This document shows, in pieces, positions 57,077 through 64,000 of a stretch of 64,000 bases of DNA. The DNA lies in IMG/VR virus record IMGVR_UViG_3300040811_000687; one strand, given 5' to 3'. Each line of letters begins with the position of its first letter. The first letter of the stretch is position 1. Source of the stretch: a virus. Both the position numbers and the translations under genes were made by a program. A model generated the notes under the pieces. That model had not been told where the DNA came from and did no database searches. It worked only from the letters and a program-made list of their open reading frames with translations.

Positions 57077-58570
57077 ATGGCTACAAATTACGATGGTCTA
57101 ACACGAAACGTCTGGCCAGGAACATGGAGTACCGGCACTAACTCGCCTATCGTTATAGATACGGAAGTTAGAGGTACACTTCAAAGTATTTCTGGTGATA
57201 GTGGAGATAGATTAACAGATATTCCAGGTGCAAGAATAACAGAGGGTATGTTAGTATATGTTAAAAACGGATATACTTCAGGTTCAACTACATACACAGC
57301 AGACAAATATTATACTTACAAACTTCAAGGTAGTGAAGTACGTAGTAGTGTTACAGGTGCAGTGCCAAATGCCGACGCCAACTGGTCATTATTCAGTGTT
57401 GGTGGTGGATCAGGTTATACAGGATCAGCCGGCGCTATAGGTTTTACAGGATCAGCAGGTGCTGTAGGTTTTACAGGATCAGCAGGCGCTATAGGATATT
57501 CAGGATCAAAAGGTGATCAAGGTACTGTAGGTTTTTCAGGTTCAAAAGGAGATATAGGATATTCAGGATCAAAAGGAGATACTGGTACAGCAGGCGCTAT
57601 AGGATATTCAGGATCAAAAGGAGATACTGGTACAGCAGGCGCTATAGGATATTCAGGATCAAAAGGTGATCAAGGTGTTATTGGTTACACAGGTTCAATA
57701 GGTTTTTCAGGATCAAAAGGAGATATAGGATATTCAGGATCAAAAGGAGATACTGGAACAACAGGTGCTGATGGTTTAGATGGTGCTGTAGGTTTTTCAG
57801 GTTCAAAAGGAGATATAGGATATTCAGGATCAAAAGGTGATCAAGGTATAATTGGTTATACAGGTTCAAAAGGTGATCAAGGTGATCAAGGTGTTATTGG
57901 TTACACAGGTTCAATAGGTTTTTCAGGATCAAAAGGTGATCAAGGTATAATTGGTTATACAGGTTCAGAGGGAAATTTAGATATAGCAGTTGCTTCAACT
58001 CCTCCAGTTTCAGCAGGTATTGGTGATGTTTGGATTGATGACGCAACAGGTATTCAATACTTCTACATGAACGATGGTAACAGTAATCAATGGGTAGAAT
58101 TAAGTAACCAAGGTGTTGTAGGATTTACAGGTTCAGCTGGTGCTAGTACGTTATCTTCTCTTACAGACGTAACTATTAGTACACCACAAAAAGGCCATAC
58201 TTTAGTTTATGATGGTTCAGGTTGGGTACAAACACAAACTCCAATTTCACAATTTGTTGTAACAGCCAATGGTTCAAGTGCATACAGATTTGATGGTGCA
58301 GGATTCCCTAGTACGAGTGGCGATAATCCTACTATCTACCTTAAAAAAGGTCAAACATATTACTTTAGAAATACAACTAGTGGACATCCATTTAGAATAC
58401 AATCTACTACAGGTACAGGTGGAACAGTATATGATACAGGTGTTACTGATAATAACGCCTCAGGATCAACAGGTGTAGTTATATTTCATGTTCCTATGAG
58501 TGCTCCTGCGACATTATACTATCAATGTTCATCGCATGGTTCTATGGTAGGAACAATTACTATAGTTTAA
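57077..58570 (+). CDS. Collagen-like fibre protein with C-terminal cupredoxin-like fibre domain
   Basis: GYSGSKGD repeats; GDVWIDD..QYFY.NDG..QWVELSNQG module; NPTIYLKKGQTYYF, GHPF, LYYQCSSHGSM. Confidence 0.85.
   Translation: MATNYDGLTRNVWPGTWSTGTNSPIVIDTEVRGTLQSISGDSGDRLTDIPGARITEGMLVYVKNGYTSGSTTYTADKYYTYKLQGSEVRSSVTGAVPNADANWSLFSVGGGSGYTGSAGAIGFTGSAGAVGFTGSAGAIGYSGSKGDQGTVGFSGSKGDIGYSGSKGDTGTAGAIGYSGSKGDTGTAGAIGYSGSKGDQGVIGYTGSIGFSGSKGDIGYSGSKGDTGTTGADGLDGAVGFSGSKGDIGYSGSKGDQGIIGYTGSKGDQGDQGVIGYTGSIGFSGSKGDQGIIGYTGSEGNLDIAVASTPPVSAGIGDVWIDDATGIQYFYMNDGNSNQWVELSNQGVVGFTGSAGASTLSSLTDVTISTPQKGHTLVYDGSGWVQTQTPISQFVVTANGSSAYRFDGAGFPSTSGDNPTIYLKKGQTYYFRNTTSGHPFRIQSTTGTGGTVYDTGVTDNNASGSTGVVIFHVPMSAPATLYYQCSSHGSMVGTITIV
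57412..57966 (+). repeat. Coding collagen-like tandem repeats
   Basis: ggatattcaggatcaaaaggagat units. Confidence 0.85.
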
Positions 58571-58723
58571 TTAAAAACTATTGTATTATTAACAGATTTG
58601 AAGAAGAATTATATTATAAATAGATGTAGAAAAGAAAAAAAAGACTTTTCTTGCAAGAATTATATGATAAAGAATTGAATTTTTAAATTTAAAAAAACAA
58701 TAATAAATTAGGAGACAACAAAA

Positions 58724-59737
58724 ATGGCAATTAACTTTCCAAGTAGTCCCGCATTAAATGACATATACACTCTCGGTACAAGACAGTGGAAATGGAATGG
58801 TAATGGCTGGGCTCTACAACCTCTTACAGCGGGTTTCACTGGATCAATCGGTTATACTGGTTCTAAAGGTGATATCGGGTATACAGGTTCTAAAGGGGAT
58901 ACTGGTTTAGGCTTCAACATTGCGAAGACATACACTAGTGTCGCTAACTTAACAGCGGATACAAGTCCATCAGGCATTAATACTGGTGAATTTGCTATCA
59001 TTGAAAACGGCTCTTTAACAGACGCCGAAAATTCTAGATTATACCTATGGAACGGTTCAGCATACTCATTCGTATCTGACCTTTCAGGTACAATTGGTTT
59101 CACAGGATCTTTTGGTTACACTGGATCTAAAGGGGATCAAGGTGTTATAGGTTACACTGGTTCTAAAGGGGATCAAGGTGTTATAGGTTACACTGGTTCT
59201 AAAGGTTTCACAGGATCAAAAGGTGACATTGGTTACACTGGTTCTAAAGGGGATCAAGGTGATATAGGTTACACAGGATCAAAAGGTGACATTGGTTACA
59301 CTGGTTCTAAAGGTTTCACAGGATCACAAGGTGACATTGGTTACACTGGATCAAAAGGTGACATTGGTTACACTGGATCTTTAGGTTTCACAGGATCAAA
59401 AGGTGATATAGGTTACACAGGATCAAAAGGTGACATTGGTTACACTGGATCTGAAGGTAATCTTGATATCACAACTTCATCTACTCCGCCAACATCTGGC
59501 GTAGGCGAAGGTGATATTTGGGTAGACAGCGCAACTGGTGTACAATACTTTTACTACAACGATGGTAACAGTACACAATGGGTAGAGCTTTCTAACCAAG
59601 GTGTTGTTGGATTTACAGGATCACAAGGTGCTCAAGTAGACACTGTTGATTCAAGTAACTTCAGCTCAGCTGTAACTTTACTAATCAAAAATAGTTCAGG
59701 TACTACATTAAAAACAATCATAGGTAACGCTACATAA
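58724..59737 (+). CDS. Collagen-like fibre/adaptor protein
   Basis: N-terminal INFPSSP..WKWNG..W; GYTGSKGDI repeats; QWVELSNQG module; C-terminal LLIKNSSGTTLKTI. Late promoter at 58615. Confidence 0.85.
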   Translation: MAINFPSSPALNDIYTLGTRQWKWNGNGWALQPLTAGFTGSIGYTGSKGDIGYTGSKGDTGLGFNIAKTYTSVANLTADTSPSGINTGEFAIIENGSLTDAENSRLYLWNGSAYSFVSDLSGTIGFTGSFGYTGSKGDQGVIGYTGSKGDQGVIGYTGSKGFTGSKGDIGYTGSKGDQGDIGYTGSKGDIGYTGSKGFTGSQGDIGYTGSKGDIGYTGSLGFTGSKGDIGYTGSKGDIGYTGSEGNLDITTSSTPPTSGVGEGDIWVDSATGVQYFYYNDGNSTQWVELSNQGVVGFTGSQGAQVDTVDSSNFSSAVTLLIKNSSGTTLKTIIGNAT

Positions 59738-59770
59738 TAAGTAGAGCAAATTAAAAGGAGAAAATAAATT

Positions 59771-60700
59771 ATGGCAACAAGAAACCCATTAGTATACAGC
59801 AGTGGAAATCTAGTTGAAATGACTTCAGCTCAAGTTGACGCAGTTATAGATAATATTGTTTATCAATATTCTTTATCGCCGTCAGTTACGTTATCAGTAG
59901 TAGGTTCAAGTGGCTCTTTAGGAGCAATTTCTGATACAAGATTACAAGCAGGTGCTATTTCTAATAGTTCTACTAGTTTTCCAGGATCAGGTACAACACA
60001 AGACCCTCAAACTGTAACAACAAACTATGATAAAGTAAGTCAAACAGTTGCTTCGGTTACGCCGACAACTGATACAGGTACAACATGGCCGGTATACTAC
60101 ACAAGTGGTGGTGAAATTCATGCTATGCCTTTAGCAGATATTAAGGATACGTTCTTACATCCTGCTATTGATTTACTTACAGCAAGTACAACTACAACGC
60201 AACAAGGTGGTACATATTTTGTATCATCTTCAGCGTCTGTTAGTGGTGCTACTGAAGTTAGTGGTTCAAACACACCTATATTCATTGACACAAGAGCCAA
60301 CACTGGCGCTTATGCTGCTGGATCTATAGGTGACCACGCACAAGATAACCCAACTACGATTACTAGTTACTATTTACAGAGAGTAAATGGTGCTACGTCA
60401 TCTTACGAAAATCTATTAAATATAGACGGTACAACTCACTTACAACAAACTGGTTCATCTTTTGATACTTTGTGTCAAGAGTGGATTAGAGCGACTGCAA
60501 GTGCTTCAGTAGACGGATATACGATTAGATACAACTTTAATGGTTCAGGTACTACAAGAGGTACAGGTATGGCTAACACTATACTTGATGGCTCTAGTTA
60601 CAATACTAGACAAGTTGGTGATGACTATAGAGCGCAAGAGTTTCCAGCAGGTTCGGTAACGACAGCTGCAACTCACACGCTAAAGATTGTTAAAGCATAA
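59771..60700 (+). CDS. Thr/Ser-rich virion structural protein
   Basis: AAGGAG RBS; composition and context among fibre genes. Confidence 0.7.
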   Translation: MATRNPLVYSSGNLVEMTSAQVDAVIDNIVYQYSLSPSVTLSVVGSSGSLGAISDTRLQAGAISNSSTSFPGSGTTQDPQTVTTNYDKVSQTVASVTPTTDTGTTWPVYYTSGGEIHAMPLADIKDTFLHPAIDLLTASTTTTQQGGTYFVSSSASVSGATEVSGSNTPIFIDTRANTGAYAAGSIGDHAQDNPTTITSYYLQRVNGATSSYENLLNIDGTTHLQQTGSSFDTLCQEWIRATASASVDGYTIRYNFNGSGTTRGTGMANTILDGSSYNTRQVGDDYRAQEFPAGSVTTAATHTLKIVKA

Positions 60701-60729
60701 TAATCTATAGTAATCAAAGGTGCAAAATT

Positions 60730-60761
60730 AACCCCCGGAGCCTAGGTTTCGGGGGTTTTTT
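60730..60761 (+). terminator. Intrinsic terminator
   Basis: AACCCCCGGAGC-CTAG-GTTTCGGGGGTT plus T-tract. Confidence 0.88.
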
Positions 60762-60838
60762 ATTGGAAAATAACTTGTTTAAAATGTTATAAATATTATA
60801 AATATGGTGATAGAACAAATAGAAGGAACAAAATTTAA

Positions 60839-63310
60839 ATGCCAACAATAAACTTTCCATCAGGTCCGTCTCTAAACGATACATATAATTTAGGTTTACG
60901 TACATGGAAATGGAATGGGGACGCATGGGCTTTAGAACCATTAACAGGTGGATTTACAGGATCACAAGGTTATACAGGATCAGTTGGTATAGGTTATACA
61001 GGATCAGTTGGTATAGGTTACACTGGTTCATCAGGTTATACAGGATCTAATATTGTTTTATTAGACGAAACACAAACTTTAACAAATAAAACACTTACAA
61101 CACCAGATGTTAATACATCATTGAAAATGGTTAGTAGTGGACAATTACAATTCAGAGATAATCAATCGTATATTTCAGAAAATGGTGGAATTATGTTATT
61201 TAACGCCGCGGCAGGACGTGGAGTTAGAATGTTCTCTGCCGGTGCTGAAAGAGTTGCTGTATCATATGCTGGTGACTTAGAATTAAAAGCAGGTACAGAT
61301 ATAATCTTTGAAGGATCAACAGCAAACGATTTTGAAACAACACTAACGGTTACTGACCCAACAGCAGACAGAAATATAACATTACCTGACTCAAGTGGTA
61401 CAGTTGTACTAGCAGACACTACTGACACATTAACAAATAAAACACTTACTAGTCCAAACATAAACGAAGCAGTTGCGTTGACTGCTACTGCTACGGAACT
61501 TAACTATTTGGATGGTGTTACTGGTATTACATTAGGTACTGCTAACGAATTACTTGTTGTTGGTAGTGATGGTTCTAGTATTGCAAGCGATAGCACTTTA
61601 GCAGTTGATACTAGCAATAATAGATTAGGTATCAATCAATCCTCACCTGAAGTAACATTACATATGACAGGCGAAGATGCTCAAACAGCACAAATTCGTA
61701 TGGAACAGTACAATGATAGTGCTGACGCTCCAGATGTAAGAACAAGAAGATACAGAGGTACAATTGCCTCACCAAGTGCCGTATCATCAGGCGATTATCT
61801 ATTTAGAAGTAACCACGAATACTATAATGGTTCATCACTTATTGTCGGTGGTAGTTTTGCTTTTGATAACACTAACAATGCCAATAGAACACAGTTTGCT
61901 GTTTCAGTTAACACAGATGGTACATCAGCGGATCCTAATATCGCAAGTAAAACACAATTTAAGATTGATGGTAATGATAGTGGTGCTATTACATTCAACA
62001 ACGCATACAAGTTTCCAACAATTGATGGTAACGCTAATCAAGTTTTAAAAACAGATGGTTCAGGAAATTTATCTTTTACAGATGTTTCTGGTGGATCTGG
62101 TGGAACTTCTTGGCAATCAACTATCGTAACAGGAACAACTTTAACAGCAGTAGCTGGAAATGGTTATTGGATTAACACAACATCAAATGCTTGTACTGTT
62201 ACACTTCCTGCTTCAGCAAGTGTTGGAGATTCAATTCAAATAGTAGATTACGCAGGTACTTTTGCCACAAACAATATTACATTAACTTCTAGTTTAAATA
62301 TAGAAGGTGGAACAAGTGATAAATTTTTAACTACCAACAGAGAAGGCGTAACCATAACTTACGCAGATGCTACTCAAGGTTGGGTTGCAACATCTGGAGT
62401 TAATTCAGGCGACCAAGGAATAGACCCAACTAATTCAGCTATTATAGCAGACTTTTTAGTTATTGCTGGAGGTGGTGGGGGTGGCTCAAGTGGTCAAGTT
62501 GATACAGCTGGTGGTGGTGGAGGTGCTGGTGGTTACAGAAATTCTTATTCCACAGAAAGTTCTGGTGGAGGTGGTTCTTCTGAAACATCTTTAAATTTAA
62601 CTACTGGAACAACTTATACAATAACAGTTGGTGCTGGTGGTGGAGGTGGTGCAGGAGGAGCTGCTGGCTCAGTTTGGAATCAAGGTGCTACTGGTTCTAA
62701 TTCTATTATATCTGGTTCTGATATTACAACAATTACTTCATCAGGTGGTGGTGGAGGTGGAACATATTATGATGGTGGTATTGCTGGTGGTTCTGGTGGT
62801 GGTGGAGGTGCTTTTACTGCTCAAACAGGTGGAAGTGGAACATCTAATCAAGGTTTTTCTGGTCAAACTACTTCTTCTCAAGGACAAAATTCAGGTCAAA
62901 TAGCTGGTGGAGGAGGTGGAGCTTCTGAAGCTGGAGGTACAGATGGTGCTGGTCATGGAGGAGATGGATTATCTTCTTCTATAACTGGTTCGTCAGTATC
63001 TAGAGGTGCTGGTGGTGGAGGTGCTGGAAACGTATCAAGTAGTGGAGGAACTGGTGGAGGTGGTGATGGAAAAAATTCATCTGGAGCTGGTAATGGTACT
63101 GCTGGAACAACAAATACTGGTAGTGGTGGAGGTGGTGCATATACAGGCAATTCAGGTAGTCATTCAGGAGGAGCAGGAGGTTCAGGTGTCGTAATTTTAA
63201 GATTACCAACATCACAATATTCTGGCACAACAACAGGTTCTCCAACTGTTACAACAGATGGAACAGACACAATATTAATTTATAACGCAAGTGGGAGTTA
63301 CACAGCATAA
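60839..63310 (+). CDS. Tail fibre protein with C-terminal glycine-rich domain
   Basis: INFPSGP..WKWNG N-terminus, short collagen stretch, TLTNKTLT motifs, VIAGGGGG...GGAGGSGVVILR. Tandem TATAAATA at 60788 and 60797. Confidence 0.85.
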   Translation: MPTINFPSGPSLNDTYNLGLRTWKWNGDAWALEPLTGGFTGSQGYTGSVGIGYTGSVGIGYTGSSGYTGSNIVLLDETQTLTNKTLTTPDVNTSLKMVSSGQLQFRDNQSYISENGGIMLFNAAAGRGVRMFSAGAERVAVSYAGDLELKAGTDIIFEGSTANDFETTLTVTDPTADRNITLPDSSGTVVLADTTDTLTNKTLTSPNINEAVALTATATELNYLDGVTGITLGTANELLVVGSDGSSIASDSTLAVDTSNNRLGINQSSPEVTLHMTGEDAQTAQIRMEQYNDSADAPDVRTRRYRGTIASPSAVSSGDYLFRSNHEYYNGSSLIVGGSFAFDNTNNANRTQFAVSVNTDGTSADPNIASKTQFKIDGNDSGAITFNNAYKFPTIDGNANQVLKTDGSGNLSFTDVSGGSGGTSWQSTIVTGTTLTAVAGNGYWINTTSNACTVTLPASASVGDSIQIVDYAGTFATNNITLTSSLNIEGGTSDKFLTTNREGVTITYADATQGWVATSGVNSGDQGIDPTNSAIIADFLVIAGGGGGGSSGQVDTAGGGGGAGGYRNSYSTESSGGGGSSETSLNLTTGTTYTITVGAGGGGGAGGAAGSVWNQGATGSNSIISGSDITTITSSGGGGGGTYYDGGIAGGSGGGGGAFTAQTGGSGTSNQGFSGQTTSSQGQNSGQIAGGGGGASEAGGTDGAGHGGDGLSSSITGSSVSRGAGGGGAGNVSSSGGTGGGGDGKNSSGAGNGTAGTTNTGSGGGGAYTGNSGSHSGGAGGSGVVILRLPTSQYSGTTTGSPTVTTDGTDTILIYNASGSYTA

Positions 63311-63687
63311 TGGCACATTTCGCAAAATTAGGAGTTGGTAATATAATTGAAAGAGTTGAAGTAGTATCAAATGATATTGCAACAACTGAACAAGCAGGAA
63401 TAGATTTTTTAAATAATTTATATAATTCAAGAGATGTTTGGAAACAGACTTCTTATAATACTTATGGTGGAGAACATAGATTAGGTGGAACACCATTTAG
63501 AAAAAATTATGCTGGAGTTGGTTATTCTTATGACCAAACTAGAGACGCTTTCATATCACCTAAACCTTTTAATAGTTGGATATTAAATGAAACAACTTGT
63601 CTTTGGGAAGCACCAGTTGCTTATCCAGATGATGATAACGACTATACTTGGAATGAATCAACACAAACTTGGGATTTAGTTGAATAG
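63310..63687 (+). CDS. Partner protein of Gly-rich fibre (MAHFAK family)
   Basis: MAHFAKLG, WKQTSYN, FRKNYAGVGYSYD..RDAFI.PKPF.SW, WEAPVAYP; TAATG-coupled. Confidence 0.8.
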   Translation: MAHFAKLGVGNIIERVEVVSNDIATTEQAGIDFLNNLYNSRDVWKQTSYNTYGGEHRLGGTPFRKNYAGVGYSYDQTRDAFISPKPFNSWILNETTCLWEAPVAYPDDDNDYTWNESTQTWDLVE

Positions 63688-63720
63688 TATAAAGGATTAA
63701 AAAAAAGGATAAATATAAAC

Positions 63721-64000
63721 ATGGCAACTCCAACAACAAGAGAAGAATTAAAAGACTACGCTTTAAGAGCATTAGGTCAACCTGTTATAGAAATTAACGT
63801 TGACAATGATCAATTAGAGGATAGATTAGATGAAGCTTTACAATATTATTCTCAATATCATATGAATGCAATAAGAAGATGTTACTTAAAATATGAGTAT
63901 ACACAAGCTGATTATGATAGAATTGTTACTAACGGAGACGTAGCAGAATCACAAACTAAAAATTCGGTAACTACAACATGGAAAGAAAATCAAAATTTTA
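63721..64000 (+). CDS. gp13: Neck protein gp13, 3'-truncated by the window edge
   Basis: MATPTTREELKDYALRALGQPVIEINVDNDQLEDRLDEALQYY. Confidence 0.9.
   Translation, partial: MATPTTREELKDYALRALGQPVIEINVDNDQLEDRLDEALQYYSQYHMNAIRRCYLKYEYTQADYDRIVTNGDVAESQTKNSVTTTWKENQNF

Noticed and set aside
55072-59455. Tandem DNA repeats as a possible CRISPR array or DGR template/variable repeats
   Set aside because: The repeats are in-frame G-X-Y codons with no unique spacers or adenine-specific variation, and there is no cas or reverse transcriptase gene.
1-64000. tRNA genes, introns, homing endonucleases, integrases
   Set aside because: I recognised no cloverleaf/T-loop signatures, interrupted core genes or corresponding protein motifs by eye. 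A tRNAscan/Infernal run would be needed to exclude them fully.

Overview
This AT-rich (roughly 30% GC by eye) 64 kb segment comes from a T4-like myovirus. It most resembles marine T4-like phages of streamlined bacteria (SAR11 pelagiphage/cyanophage-type gene order); the host is inferred, not shown. It runs from gp32 through the baseplate and tail genes (gp2, 54, 26/51, tape-measure-like, 4, 48, 53, hub, 5, PAAR, 25, 6, 7, 8, VrlC-like), then collagen-like and Gly-rich fibre genes, to the start of neck gp13. Among the structural genes lies a ~23 kb enzyme island (32.1-54.9 kb) with a ~2.5 kb satellite (12.6-15.1 kb). Together they encode six radical SAM enzymes, several glycosyltransferases, an epimerase, a DegT aminotransferase, a carbamoyltransferase, methyltransferases, SGNH proteins, nitroreductases, a 2OG-Fe(II) oxygenase and Fe-S assembly factors. 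Most striking: (1) a class II cobalamin riboswitch controlling a phage btuB-like receptor next to a B12-dependent radical SAM gene; (2) radical SAM enzymes whose twitch/SPASM domain is a separate gene three times and fused once; (3) Pro-poor G-[YF]-[TS] collagen fibres next to glycosyltransferases, suggesting a virion glycosylation/tailoring system; (4) a probable -1 frameshift joining gp26 and gp51; (5) a dense GGCC cluster around gene 5; (6) many apparently leaderless genes. I saw no tRNA, CRISPR array, integrase or reverse transcriptase. All calls come from reading the sequence; no database searches were run.
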